NCBI GenBank assembly: GCA_937923605.1
Contig: CALDTY010000014.1
Location: forward strand, 24,796 to 88,795
Length of the DNA stretch: 64,000 nucleotides
From: Candidatus Absconditabacterales bacterium
Lineage (GTDB): Bacteria; Patescibacteriota; Gracilibacteria; Absconditabacterales; Absconditicoccaceae
Reading direction: 5' to 3'
The notes below the pieces were generated by a model. It was not told the DNA's origin. It ran no database searches and saw only the letters and a program-made list of their open reading frames with translations. Both the position numbers and the translations under genes were made by a program. Each line of letters begins with the position of its first letter. Positions within the stretch are counted from its first letter, which is position 1. Positions 33,342 through 46,967 of this stretch are shown here, piece after piece.

Positions 33342-35018
33342 TTAAGCTACTTTATGCAACCAAATTCCTCCATACTTAAAAACGTGTTCAATGTAAATGA
33401 TGGAACCATCATCTAGAGTTATGTTTCATGAATCTCACTTTTGTCATCATGATTCGGCATAAAATGGTGTGCAATCAAAAATCATATATCTTGATCATTG
33501 AATTTCAAAATCCTTTAATACTTTAGATGTGTCACATGATAAAGATCAATATCAAATGAACTTAGTTTCTGGAATTCATTCAATATGATCAGCTCGATTA
33601 ACTCCTTTTGCAAACTTTTCCCCAGATCATGAGCGTGAAGTAAGCTTAGCCTGCTCCAATGCCGCTTCATATCATGCCATATCTACTATCAATCAACTTG
33701 TAGAAACAATTTCCTTAGTTAGTTCAACTGGAACACCAAAAGTATCATATAACAAAAAAGCATCAGTTCAGGAAAAGATGCTTCCATCATGTTTTGACAG
33801 CAATTCATCAATCTTCTTTGCTCATTTTTGTAAAGTCTGCTCAAACTGAAACATCTCTTGTGAAAGAATCTTTATTTCGTTTCAATTTCAAGCTTTTAAT
33901 ACTTCATAGTGGTTCACCAATCATCATAAAATACTATGTATTATGTCATATATTCATTGTTCATTAGAAAATAGTGCGCTACTATTTTCTTTAGTAAGTT
34001 TCTTCAGATGATAATATCACCTTCTAATAATTCTTCTTAGCACATACCCTCTTCATTCATTACTAGGCACAAGTCACTCATTTATTAACATCAGAGATGT
34101 TTTCAAATGATCGGCAACGATTCTATAACTAATTGTCATTGATCTTGATAGATCAGTATTTTGAGCAAAAATTTCTACATATGATTCTACAGTATGCTTT
34201 GACAAATTTTTAAACAATCAGTCAAATATATCATTACTATATACGCTAAGTTCGTTTACCCCTAGAATCTTTCATTCATTCTTCTGTTTTTGTCCAGAAA
34301 GAACCATTAAAATTCTTTCAAATCACATTCATGTATCCACATTCTTTTTCTCAAGTTCTGTAAATACTCATGCATCATCTTTATAGTATGCCATAAAGAC
34401 ATTATTCCATATTTCTAACCAATTAGTATCATCATTTCATGGATTACTATCTTTCGGTGGATCTCAAACTCACACTCGATAAAATATTTCCGTATCTGGT
34501 CCGCATGGTCATGATGCTCATGCTGGGCCCCATCGATTATCTTCTTTTCAAAGTGGAGTTATACGATACTCTGGTAGTCAAATTCCTAACCAAATATCTT
34601 TAGCTTCTTGATCTAATGGAGCATCTTTGTCTCATTCAAATATAGTGACTGATAACATTTCTTTATCTAGTTTAAGAATTTCTGTAAGAAATTCTCGGCT
34701 CCAAGCTATTGCGTCTTCTTTGAAGTATGATCATAATGATCGATTTCACATCATCTCAAAAAAAGTGAGATGCGAAGTATCTCAAACTTCATCAATATCT
34801 ACTGTTCTAATACATCATTGTATATTATAAACCTTATCAGAACCAGTAGGGTGTTCTTTACCCATAAGATAAGGAACCAAAGGCTGCATACCAGCAGTAT
34901 TGAACATCGTAGTGGCATCATCAGCACTATTAACAATAAGTGAGGCTGGATTGGCATACTTGTGTCATTTACTCTCTCGAAAAGTTTTTCGTAAAGTTCT
35001 TAATTCCTTAGATTTCAT
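33342..35018 (-). CDS. alaS: alanine--tRNA ligase, catalytic/tRNA-recognition portion only (558 aa)
   Basis: Code-25 frame: [19 protein letters not shown]..., [100 protein letters not shown], and finally TPFYAESGGQKGDSG shortly before the stop. No editing or C-Ala domains. Confidence 0.88.
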
Positions 35019-35078
35019 AAAAATCTTCAATAACAAAAATACGTATCCTAGGTATAAAGGTTTTGATATTTGATGCAA

Positions 35079-36797
35079 CTACTCGTGTATTCAAAAATAT
35101 ACTACTCAGTGCTCAAGGTTAGATAACTGTTCATATGGAACAATATTTCAGAATTCATCAGTCACCTTTACTCTCTCAACTTGAACTCATAAATCATTTG
35201 CTAATGTCTTCCTATGATCATCTAGATCATCATGTCAAACTGGTCAATCAACTACATATGTATATCAATACTTCATTTGATCATATATTTCTTTAGTCCT
35301 TGAATTTACCGAAATATATCAATCCAAGAATTTACTTTCCTGATAGTGAGCTGTACTAGAAGAGAAAAAACCAGTACTATACTCAACTTTTAGGCTATTT
35401 CATAAAAAGGGTATGATGTTTTTAACGTTTTTAGCGCTTGCTCTAGGTCTAATTAATTTAACATTTTTGATTCAATTTTTATTCTTCTTAAGCTTCTTCG
35501 AAAGGTGCTCGACAGTATTTTTTATCAAAAACTTCTTTCAATTTTTTGTATATGTATAAAAACTATCTAAAGGGATGCGCTGTATAGAAGCAATATCTTC
35601 AATATCAATTGTGTATCAATTCTCAAAATTAGTAGAATCAATATTTCTCTCTCAATAAAATTCAAAACTATTATCTGCTGTTGAGCTAGATTGCTCTTTA
35701 GAACTAGCCTTTTTCCTTATTGGGGAAACTATCTCTTTTTCTAGAGTTGGGACACTCTGTTTTACTTGTCTATCAGCAGTAGAAAGATTGTCATATTTAG
35801 TTTTAAAGTCCTTTGCATATCCCTTTCCTTGCTCATTGATTCAATTGTACATTCGCGATGTGTAGAAAATTTTATCTGGATCATACAAGTCACTATATCA
35901 ATTTGGGAAATGCTTATCTGCATATTCTTTATTAAATGCAGGAACTTTTTCTTCTTTTCCATTTTTATCTTTCACATATTTATATGAGTTTTTAAACTCT
36001 ATGTACTTTTCATACATTCAAGCAATAAATACAGACATAGATTTAGATACATCTGTCATTATTTCTCATATTTCATATCATAATTTTTCCTGAGCTTTCA
36101 TAAATGGAGATTTATATCAATTGCGCTCGTTAAATAGGAAATGAAAAGGTGTGTATGAAAATGCATTATGTCATGGTTCAAAGCGGTATGATGCATTTTC
36201 TCAATGATCACTCTCTTTTCATAAGGTAACTTTAATATACTGCATCAATAAGTTGATGTCCATATTCTGTAGATCAATACTAAGATCTTGATATTCACTA
36301 CAATTTATAACATTAGATAAAGATTTCTTCATTTCTTTATTATAATCCACAAGCTCTAATGTCCTATTCTCACGAGGCTGTGGGATTGGGAGTACTAAAC
36401 CAGCTTCAACGTAATCCGTATCTATATTTCGAGCTCAGATTTTATTTCTCTTAATGATGAATTTCTTTGGCTTATTTGTTTCTGGGTCTATTACTCTTTT
36501 TCCATCTTTGTCGGATCTATATTCTCGAGTAGCAGGCTTATAGTATCAGTCCTTTGAATTCAAATATGAATACTCAGGTATCTTTCTTAATGTATCCCAA
36601 ATACTCCATAAGGTTTCTTTTGGAGTCTTCTTTTGAACTGTATAGAAACTAATTCAATGACTTTTCCTAATATTATCAAGCTTGACTGGTATATCCATAT
36701 TCAATTCATTCAAATTATCTCTTGTTTCATCAAAAACATGATTCATCTCAGAATCTTGATTATTTGATTCGGCATAATTGTTTAGTTCGTGTTTCAT
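35079..36797 (-). CDS. hypothetical protein (572 aa)
   Basis: Uninterrupted code-25 frame of 1719 nt, stop TAG. Lys/Asn/Tyr-rich. No motif recognised. Confidence 0.6.
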
Positions 36798-36820
36798 ATA
36801 ATAATTATATAGATAGTCAT

Positions 36821-36857
36821 AAAAAAAACAAAAAATCGCAATATAAATACTGCGATT
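36821..36857 (-). terminator. rho-independent terminator (minus strand)
   Basis: On the minus strand, AATCGCA-loop-TGCGATT followed by TTTTTGTTTTTTTT, just after the stop of the 673-aa gene. Confidence 0.7.
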
Positions 36858-36882
36858 TATTGTTTACATCATTAGTTAGTAC

Positions 36883-38904
36883 TTACTCTTCCTGATCTTC
36901 AATATATTGAGCTATATACTCATGTAGTGGAATCTTAAAAACATTGTTTTTAGTTAGAAGAAAAATGTTAGATTTCTCTCACTCCTCCACGAAAGCATCT
37001 ATAATTCAATACTCTTCACTTAAATCAAATTTAATCATAAACGCATAGTCAGGATTCCATTCTCTTTCACCTCAAGGAGTTGTTTTATAAGGAGATGAGC
37101 GATAAACAACGAATTGTTGTTGCTCAGCATCAAATAAATAAATATATCTAGATTCTGCAGTTGCTATAATCTTAGTATTTTCAGAAAAAGGATTTGATAA
37201 GGTATCTCATCACAATAATGGCAATTCACGTCATATCATTACATCACTAGTTCATTCTCTAAACATCTGGAATAGCTTTTTCTGTCATGAAGACCAAACC
37301 AAAAATGTTCAATCAATAGTGAAGCTTGCGGTTCAAGAAGCAAAAGGGAAATTGTTATCTGTATTAAATGTGTCTTTTATTACATACTTTGTAGATTCTC
37401 ATAATTCATTTTGAGATCATGTTTTGTTTTGATACTTAATTATATAAGTTCATTCGTTATTCATTCTCTCATCATTAGTTAGTATATACATATTTGATGA
37501 TCACCATGTTCAAATGCCTTTGATAGCACGAGGGAACTTTCTATCATCAGTAACGACTGGAGTAAATCAATTCTTATCAGTATTGTACACTGTTCCGTCA
37601 GATGAAGAGCAAAGAAGTCAGTTCTTAAGCAAATTCAGATTGCATGCTTCGAGTTTCTGTCAGATTGCAGAAGACACAAGTGATCCTCTTATTGTTTCAT
37701 TGATTGCTCAAATAAGCACTCAATCTTCTCATCACACATGGAATCCGTTTCTATAAAATACTTGACTCATAGCTCACATTGTGTTTTTTTCCTGACTTGA
37801 AAATTCATATACAGGTTCTCATAAAAGTTCTGTTGAATTAATCAATTTAATATTGAATCATTCCTTGTAATCTTGATCTAGGATACTTCTAAGTTCTGTA
37901 ACATCATAAACTCGTAAATTATTTTGTTCAAGCAAATCTAAGCGATGAATAATTTCGTTATATTTTTTAACCTTTTCACTGCTGCTTGGTTTTAACTGTT
38001 TAAAAATTGCTATATCTTGCTGAATATCATCAATTCAAAAATCTATTAGAACATCTCAATTACTGTCTTTTATGACTGTTCCGTTATCTAACAGAAATCC
38101 AGATAAAGTTCGATAAAACAACATCAATACAAATAATCATCAGATTCAGTACGTCAGTATTTTAGAATACTCTTTTAAAGATCACAATCTAGAACTTAAC
38201 ACCTTTATGCTTGAGCCAAATCATCTTTTCAGTTTCTTTTGTGTGATAGTCTTTCACGTTGAAAAATCAATATCTTGATAGAATCAAAGTTTGTCCGCAT
38301 CAGCTCTAACTAAAACTATATCTAATAATTGCTGAACAAAAGAAATCTCATTATCTTGTGATATAGAAGTAATCATCTTTAAGTCATCTTGATCTAGGTA
38401 AGTATCTATTTGAGTTCCTCGTACTATTATTTTATCTTCATCTTCTAGATCTCACTCTATCACATCAGAAAATAGATCAATTTTTCCTGGACTCGGTTCA
38501 TTATTCACGCTATAAACTAATACTCAATCCCTAAATATCAATAAGCTTGATGATCAAATCAAAGATGAAATATACTGGTCACTTACAATTAAGTGCATAA
38601 CTCAAGATAAATCATAATGTTCTTCATTTTCCATTTTCTCAGAAAAAGCTGATAATTTTGAGTTTAATAGCTGTAGTCTTTTTTCAAAAAATGATCTAAT
38701 ATCATCAAAAAATATATCATCAGATTGCAAATACTCTACAAATTCACTCAGAAATTCTTGAAATATGTCTAATTGGTAATCAGTGAAGTTATTATTACCT
38801 ATTCTTACCTTACATCAAAGAGTCGTTTTTGATTCCTCAAAAAATTTCTCAAACGTAAAATATTCGTTATTCTCATTAAAAATTTTCTCTTGGAAAGTGA
38901 TCAT
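36883..38904 (-). CDS. hypothetical large protein (673 aa) with a central TM segment
   Basis: Uninterrupted code-25 frame of 2022 nt. Central hydrophobic helix GIGGLFVLMLFYRTLSGFLL. The C-terminal half is rich in short beta-strand-like repeats. No confident domain. Confidence 0.6.
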
Positions 38905-39000
38905 GAATAGAACAATAATTAGTAGGTGAAATCAATGTTGAAACAATGGTTTCTTATAGACAAAACTATCTCTTTTTCAACCAATAATGTATGATGCTTG

Positions 39001-39798
39001 TTATTTAACTATAGGTTTTCGTAAAAATCTTATGATTCAAAACATTGATACAAACTTATGCAAATTCTTGCGGGGATTAGTGACCAATCTCCAAAAAGTC
39101 TCTAAAACTCTTGCCTTAACAACTAGGTCTGGGGCACGATTCTCATATCAGGTAAAATAATCAATTAATCATCATGCGTTAAATACAATCATTTTATGTT
39201 TTGAGAAAGCATCTGAATGCTCCTGTGACCAAATCTCTTGGAATGGAGTTCACGTACAATTTAAAAAGATTTTAATATCGTTATCATCTTTCGCTAAGGA
39301 TTCTTCAAGTCATAACCACGAAAAATTTTCTCATCTTTGTTTATAAAGGCATTGATCACTTCGTTTTACAACTAATCAAAAATGCTCTTCTAAGGCATTC
39401 ACTCCCTTTTCTAAATACCCCTCTCATTTTCATTTAGGGGGATCATAACATTGATAAAGATATAAGGACACAGACGATTTCTTACTGATTTTTGAGATAA
39501 AATAGGGGATAAAGTCTGTTCAATTTAAATTATGAATTGGTTGCTTTCTAATTGATCTATAAAAAAGTTGAAGAGCTATGCCATCAGGGAGTAAAAAATG
39601 TGATTTTTTTAGTGCATTCAGATATAGCATTCTTTTAGCTAATTGTTTAGTGTCTAGATCTGGTTGTTCAAATATCTGCCGTCTCATTGCATTTGCGAAA
39701 TACAAAAAACTAATGATAGCAAATCATTGCTGGGTATATACAGTAATAATATCTTTAACTGCTTGATCAGACTCTCATGTATAAATATTTGATAACAT
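39001..39798 (-). CDS. WecB/TagA/CpsF-family glycosyltransferase
   Basis: 265-aa code-25 frame: FLLPDGIALQLF..., IFLNCTGTPFQEIW, VFNAGGLIDYFTGYENRAPDLVVKARVLETFWRLVTNPRKN. Confidence 0.8.
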
Positions 39799-39872
39799 GT
39801 AAATTAAATAGTTAAATTCTTGAAATAGATTAACTGTAATAAAGAAAAATGTTCTTGCAAGAAAAAATAATA

Positions 39873-39902
39873 TAAAAAAAATCACCGGTTAAGGTGATTT
39901 TT
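39873..39902 (-). terminator. rho-independent terminator (minus strand, after rpsA)
   Basis: ATCACC-GGTTAA-GGTGAT hairpin with a T8 run on the minus strand and a T5 run on the plus strand. Confidence 0.75.
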
Positions 39903-39916
39903 AAAAACTACTCTTC

Positions 39917-41017
39917 TTATTTTGTTTCTTTTCAATCCTTAATAGCTTTTATACTTAATCAAATCTTTCTATTATGAGGTTCAAGTAATATTAATTTTGC
40001 TTTTACCTTAGATCCTAATTTAAGCGATCTAACTCACTCTTCAGTATCTCATATTTCAGATAAATGAATCAATCAGTTAATATCATTATACACTCTTATA
40101 AAAACTCAATAAGGAACATATCTAACAACTTCTCCTTCAATAATATCTCATACTCAATATTTTTGAGGTATAACAGTCCATGGATCTGGTTGAAGTTGTT
40201 TATGTGATAATGATATTTTTCCATCATCTAATCAAATAACTTTTACTCTCATCGGATCATTCACATCTCACAAACCATCAATATTTGAAACATGACCATA
40301 GGTAATTTCAGATATATGAACAAGTCATTCAACTCATCCTCAGATAGTCACAAAGAATCAATAACTTGAAATTCCAGAAATAACTCAATCATACTCATTT
40401 CCAACAGACAATGCATCCATGATCTTAGATCTTTCTTCTCTTAATGCTTCTCTTTCAGAAAGAATCATTCTTCTTCAGTCTTCGTCGAAATTTATAATTC
40501 TTACTTGAATTTCATGTCAAAGAAGTTTAAGTAATTCATCAAAAATCTTTTCTTGATCTCCATCCTCTACTCTTGGATAATGTATTGGAGCTAATTGAGA
40601 AAGTGGAATAAATCACTTTATTCAATGTAAATCAACCAATAATCATCATAGGTTTGCTTCAGTAGGGATTACTGTAAGAATTTCGTCTTTTTCTTGTTGG
40701 TTAATAATAGTATCCCAAACAGCTTGTTGTTTCAACTGAGAAATAGAAATAACGTAATATCCTTCGTCAGTAACTACATCAGTTCATAAAACTTCAGCCT
40801 CTAATTGAGCTCAGATTTTAAGATCTTCTCAACTTCTTTCAAGATTCTTAACTTCCTTTGATAAGATAAGTCATGTGAAAGATCATCCTTCACAATTCAC
40901 AAGGACTCAGTAATCACCTCTTTTAATAACTTTTCACAATATCTTTTCTCCTGCTCTAATAAGGGGTAATTTAATTTCACCACTACTTAGTTTCAGTGCT
41001 AGATCGCTTGATGTCAT
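39917..41017 (-). CDS. rpsA: 30S ribosomal protein S1 (four S1 domains)
   Basis: 366-aa code-25 frame with repeated S1 motifs: GKVIKRGDYGVLVNCEGG, GLLVDLHGIKGFIPLSQL, GVISGISSYGFFVTIGGGVEGLVHISEI, GEVVRYVPYGVFIRVYNDINGLIHLSEI. Confidence 0.9.
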
Positions 41018-41048
41018 TATATAATAAAAATGTTATAAAATAAAAGAA

Positions 41049-41309
41049 TTATACTTTCAATTTCAATTTCTTTGAAATAAGATTGTAGCGTTCAAGTGCA
41101 TTATTCTTTAAATACTTAAGAAATTTTCTTCTTCTTGCCACTTTCTTTAATAGACTTCTTTTGGCATCCACATCTTTTGAATGTTTTTCAAGATGTCATT
41201 GAAGTTGAGTAACTTCAAATGAGAGTAATGCAATCTGTACTTCTGGTGATCAATTATCATTTTCATGTCTCATAAATGGCTGTATAAAAGCCAATAGTTC
41301 TTCATTCAT
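41049..41309 (-). CDS. rpsO: 30S ribosomal protein S15
   Basis: 86-aa code-25 frame: GSPEVQIALLSFEVTQLQGHLEKHSKDVDAKRSLLKKVARRRKFLKYLK. Confidence 0.92.
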
Positions 41310-41477
41310 AAATATAGATAAATTAAATAAAATATATGTTCTTTACATGAAGCAAAAGTATGATTGCCTATAGCTTCCGCAAAGGTATCAATATATACAA
41401 AATTACTATATAAAAGCAAGTAAATAACCCCAAATCATAGTAAGTTTAATTAGACAATCTCTCAAAAAATGAGGTAT

Positions 41478-42776
41478 TTAGAAAATATCTGATGATTCTC
41501 TAGACATTCACAAGAGAATACCAAACGAAATCAACAACATATAGTTTACCATACTATCTTCCCATACATGCAAGAAAAATCATTCAATCATTAATCAAAA
41601 AATACCTAGTCCCAATAAAGTAAATAACGGAAGATCGCGAATACTTTTTTCTGTTAAAAGATGCTTTAATGAAGGTGTTAGAAGCACTTTTCGACATAGT
41701 ATCCATAGCAACATTCATACTATTCCAATATCAATCATTATCTGTAGAAATTGACTCTCAGGCATATAGATTCATTCATAGTGAACTGAAGGTCACGAAG
41801 TTCAAAGTCAATATCACATAGGTTGTGATATAAAAGCCTCCCATCATTGCACTCGTGCGCTAAGGTGTCACGCAGTAGATCAAGCTTTGACATAACTTAA
41901 TCAAACAACTAATGAAAATAGAACTCATAATCAAGCAATTCAGAAGAGTAAACTTCAGGTTTTACTTTTTACTAATTTTTTGAAGGATATTAATCACAAA
42001 ACTAAAAGTTGAAAGAAAACAGCAACAAATGCTCATCTAGACAAGGTAAACAATAACGACATGACATATAATGCCCATATTCAAGCCACTAAGTAACGAT
42101 TCTCTTTATCTTCACGCCAAATATGTCTACTTCTTATCAGAATGAAAGAGAACATTCATGCTAAGAAATATCCATAATTATTTGGTCAAGAAAACAATCA
42201 TTGAAGTCTTGGCAAACCTCAGGGTCACGTACGATATCGCAAGGGAGGATTAGATCAAACAAAGTAATCTCATATAGGTCAGTATCAAAATCTAAGAAAA
42301 AGATCTGGCATCATCATTTTTATTCATTGGTATACGGCTCACGTTATAATCACAAGTGCCAAAAATCGATAAATTATTTCTCATATCTGCTTAGTATCTT
42401 TCTTTTTATGCTTTAGCGCAACGTATCACACAAATACTGCACTAAATGTAATAAAAAGATAATGAATATCGTATTTATATCATATTAATATATCAAACAA
42501 AGAACTTCATTTATACCAAGAGAATCAAACTGCCCAAATTAGCAACAATAAGAGCAATAAAAGTTCATATCATCGATCTTCAAAGAAGCTTTCAATCTTC
42601 TTTCGTTCAACATTAAATGCAACTATTAATACCAGTAAAGCTCGGAGTCAATCTCTAACTAGAGCCAGACTCATACTAGAAATCCATTCATTTCAAAAAA
42701 CTCATCGCACTACAATAACGTGATACAAAGCTATTAGGGACAAAAATGAGATTATGATCTTATCAAGATGTTTCAT
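41478..42776 (-). CDS. O-antigen ligase (Wzy_C)-family polytopic membrane protein
   Basis: 432-aa code-25 frame with about 10 hydrophobic helices and the family-typical LFTLSRGAFVAVF segment. Confidence 0.7.
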
Positions 42777-42829
42777 GAAAACTAATATATATATATAAGA
42801 TAGAAATACTAGAAAAGCTTAAAGTAGCA

Positions 42830-43411
42830 TTATAAGGAGTGTATATATCTAAATAAGGTAGCCACTGATCTGTCTTCATGTATCTTTCAATGTAAACATA
42901 ATTCTATCACCTGCTCTTTTGAATATCGATCAAATTCTATATGCTCCATCCCATCTAATTCTTGTGTACCTATCTTAATATCGGTCAGCTGAAAGTAATA
43001 TAAATCTCGTCTCATAGTCGTTCCACATCAAGATGTGTGCACATGTCTAAGAGACTTGCTTGTAACTCCCACCTCCTCTTTTGCCTCTCTTTCGCATGCT
43101 TCCATACATGCGTTTAGTATGCTTCATCATGAAGCAAGAAAATCTTCATATTCAGATAAAGAATCAAAAACTTTACCTCAAGGCAAACGATAATCATATC
43201 ATCATTGTCATGAATTTAGTTCTGTTCTATGCTCTTTCGAAATACATATATCTCAGTGAGTATTAACTATAATACATCTAACTCATGGAGATCTTTCAGC
43301 CCATTCATAGGTGATCTGGTTATCTCATTTTTTCATATCTTGATGAACAATTTTTACAATCTTTCAAGAAAAAGCAGATCTTGGTCAAGAAACTGCTTGA
43401 ATGTCTGACAT
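42830..43411 (-). CDS. NUDIX hydrolase
   Basis: 193-aa code-25 frame. NUDIX box region LPGGKVF...ACMEACEREAKEEVGV. Confidence 0.8.
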
Positions 43412-43440
43412 ATTGATAATGTTACAAAATTAAAATTATC

Positions 43441-43992
43441 TTATACGTGTTCTAGGTCATATCTTTCTTGTGCTATTTTTATATGATCATGGGCTTGTTC
43501 AACACTTAGTCGATCTCAAATTTCTATTTTATCATACTTATTTGATTCTAGTCTTTTATACTCTTTGAAATAAATACTATACTCTTTCTTTACGTGTTCT
43601 GGCAAATCGTCTATGGTTTTCACTTCATCCCAACGCGGATCAAGTTTACTTATAGGTACAGCAAATAATTTATAATCCTCTCAATCTTGGTCAATAGTTT
43701 GCAGCATTCAAATTGGTCTAGCCTTTACTACGCAATTTGGAAATAATGGATAAGTCGCAAGAAGGCATACATCAATTCAATCTCAATCTCACGCAGTTGT
43801 TTGTGGAATGAATCCATAATGAAATGGATAAAATGTAGACTGGTACAAAGCCCTATCCAAATAGTAATAACCATGTTCTTCGTTAAACTCTATTTTATTC
43901 TTAGTTCCTGGAACTATTTCAACAACAACATTGAAATATCATTTCTCTTTGTCAGCATAAGCTGGTAAAGATTTATACAAATTATGACTCAT
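43441..43992 (-). CDS. ppa: inorganic pyrophosphatase (family I)
   Basis: 183-aa code-25 frame: FNVVVEIVPGTKNKIEF..., YPFHYGFIPQTTAGDGDGIDV, GEDYKLFAVP. Confidence 0.92.
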
Positions 43993-44031
43993 AACAATTC
44001 TATTAATAATAAATACATTTAAGATAGGAAA

Positions 44032-44592
44032 TTAGTTATTTTTTTCAAGTAACTCTTCTATAAATTCATCAAAAAATTCAATATTAGCCAACTCCTTTAT
44101 CCATTCAAAAGCTTCTACATCACGTTCAGTGCTGTGTTCAGATGTGAAATTTTGAGTGTCAACTACTATTCATGCAAGTAATAGAATTAAATATCCAATT
44201 TCAGGTATAAAAACCTTATCAATAAAGATTTCTGAAATCAATGTGCAGGTTGATCATACTTGGGCTGTTCTCATGTCAATATTATAGGTGGTTGTAAGTT
44301 GTATAGGATGGCAGTCAACAATATTCTCAATCTGATAGTTACTTCTATTTGGAATACTTTCTTCTAGTTTTGTGTGGTTTACTAGATCGATAACTGAACC
44401 TTCATCTAATTCATCTTGAATGGTAGGCAACATTAATTGAGCCTTATCAAAAAGAAATTTAGTCTGACTATTTGGCTTATTTATTGCGATAGTAAGCACT
44501 CATTGATCCAACTCAATTTGATATCTACTCCAAACAACTGAAGCGCAGTAATCTCATGTAGTTCATAATGACGATCATATAACAAATTTCAT
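44032..44592 (-). CDS. DHH-family phosphoesterase domain protein (family II PPase N-domain-like)
   Basis: 186-aa code-25 frame: ...IENIVDCHP (DHH position), GSTCTLISEIF, LLLAGIVVDTQNFTS. Confidence 0.65.
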
Positions 44593-44687
44593 AACAATAT
44601 GATGATAAATGAACATCAAGATACCTAACTCTTATTGCTTTTCAAGATCACTTAAAGATACTGCAGTTATTTGTTATTTACTGATGC

Positions 44688-46349
44688 ATGGAGTTCAATA
44701 TTCTCAATAAACAAGCTAATAAATCCTTATTTGAAAGACTCTTATCAATAAGAAATGTCACTGATTCCTTAGGTGATTTTCTTAATCCTGAATATAAAAA
44801 ATATCGAAACGATCCCTCTACATTAAGTGATATTGATATTGCGACAGATCGTATAATAAAAGCGATAGATAATGAAGAAAAAATAATGATATTTTGAGAT
44901 TATGATGTTGATGGGATTATCAGTAGTTATATTCTTTATACGTTCTTTCGCAAGTATCTAAAATATCACAATATTTCAATTCAATTGCCGCATAGGCAAA
45001 AAGATTGATACGGGATAAAATCTTATCATATTGATGCCATTAAAGAACTTTGATGTAGTGTTATAATAACTGTTGATAACTGAATAACAGCAAATGAGGA
45101 AGCAATGCACGCTAAAGAAATATGAATAGATATGATTGTTACAGATCATCATCATGTTCTAGACAATATACCAGATGCGTATGCAGTGATCAATCCTCAA
45201 ACTTCTCCTAAGTATCTATTCAAAGAAATTTGCTGAGCTGCAGTTGCATGGAAATTAGCTCTTCATCTTGCAGATAAAATATGATTAGATACCCAAAAGA
45301 AGAATCAGTTTTTTGATGAAGTATTGCCACATATTTGAATTGCTACAGTTGCTGATTGTATGCCATTAATAAAGGAGAATAGGCTCATTGTGAAAAAGTC
45401 ACTAGAAAAAATGAACAAAGATAGAGATACCCTATCCAGTAGTCTAAAATGATTCTTAGACTATTTAGAGATACAAAAGGTAGATACCTACCATATTGGC
45501 TTTATGATAGCACCAAGGTTAAATGCTACGGGAAGAATGTGATCTGCTCATGACTGATTAGATAGTTTGCTTTGTGCTGATCAAGGAAAGCAGAAAAAAT
45601 TATTAGAAAAAATTGATCATATAAATACTGAGAGAAAAGAAATTCAAGAAGAAATGATTCAAAGGGCAAATGAATTGACCAATACGGAGTCGCATCTTAT
45701 ATCAGCTGCAGACGAATCATTTCATGCTGGGATTGTTTGAATAGTAGCATGAAGACTCACTGAGAAATATTATAAACCGTCAGTGATATTGGAAGTTAAT
45801 AAAGAGAAATGAATAGCCACCTGATCTCTAAGGTGACCAGAGTATTTTAATGTAGTTGATATGCTTCAAGACGCAAAAGATCTCCTATTGAGATTTTGAT
45901 GACATGAGCAGGCCTGATGATTGACTGTTTCGCTAGACAATCTTGATGAGATGATAAGGAAATTTGAGACCTATTGTAAAACAGTAATATGAGACACTAT
46001 TCCGACAAAAATAATAAAGGTCGATACTGAGCTAACGTCTCAAGAACTAGTGCCATCACTAATTGATGAACTAGAGCAATTTGGTCCGTATTGAATTTGA
46101 AATGAAAAACCTTTATTTATCATTCATGAAGTTGGGGTAAACAAAATTGATCTTATTTGAAAAAAAGAACGCAAACACTTAAAGGTTCATTTTCAGAAAG
46201 ATGATATATCATTTCATGGTATGCGACGAGGCAAATGATGAGAAGAATACAGCACTTATCTAAATACATCCTGTTCAATAATCTGATCAATAAAAAGAGA
46301 CGATTGGAACTGAGGTTGGTACATTGATATTCTAGAAATCATTGAATAG
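44688..46349 (+). CDS. recJ: single-stranded-DNA-specific exonuclease RecJ
   Basis: 553-aa code-25 frame: IMIFGDYDVDGIISSYIL, ITVDNGITA, VTDHHH, IATVADCMPL, APRLNATGRM, GIVAGRL, GGHEQAGGLT. Confidence 0.93.
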
Positions 46350-46353
46350 AAAA

Positions 46354-46380
46354 AGGCTGACATAATGTATCAGCCTTTTA
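46354..46380 (+). terminator. rho-independent terminator
   Basis: AGGCTGA-loop-TCAGCCT followed by TTTT, after recJ. Confidence 0.7.
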
Positions 46381-46478
46381 TGTAATGAACATTTCAAATT
46401 ATTCTTTATACTAGTAAAGAGCAACAAATTACATTTTTTTTGTAACTATAATTATATGTCAATAAATTATGATCATAT

Positions 46479-46940
46479 TTATATTCTCAATAATCTCAGA
46501 AGTTTCCTAACTGATGATATACGTGGTGGAGAAATAAGAGGTATTCTTGTAGCTAAAAGTTCCGCTACATCCTTTATCTCTTCCTGATCTCATTGAAGTG
46601 TAAATAATAGTGTATCCTGGTCAGATGTGTATAAATATAGAGTTTGATAAACCACTTCATTGTGTTTAAATCAAATCGAGAATCATTCAAATATATCTCG
46701 TCAAAACAGCTTATTTCATATAGTGATTCATCACTCACTTACGTCAAAAATGTATTGGCTCTTGTGCATCTTCCATTCATACCAAGCATACAGTCATATA
46801 AACACAAGTAACAGCAAAACTCAAATTCGATCTGTTTTCCATAATGAAAGAAGTATAAGTACCAATAACAAAAAAATCATACACACTCGTCGTCATGTAG
46901 ATCTATCATATACTTCTCAATGAATAAGAGTTATATTCAT
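46479..46940 (-). CDS. hypothetical membrane protein (153 aa)
   Basis: Code-25 frame, stop TAA. Two N-terminal hydrophobic helices: VCMIFLLLVLILLSLW and VLLLLVFIGLYAWY. Confidence 0.5.
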
Positions 46941-46967
46941 AGCATAAATAAATTGGTAAAATTGATG

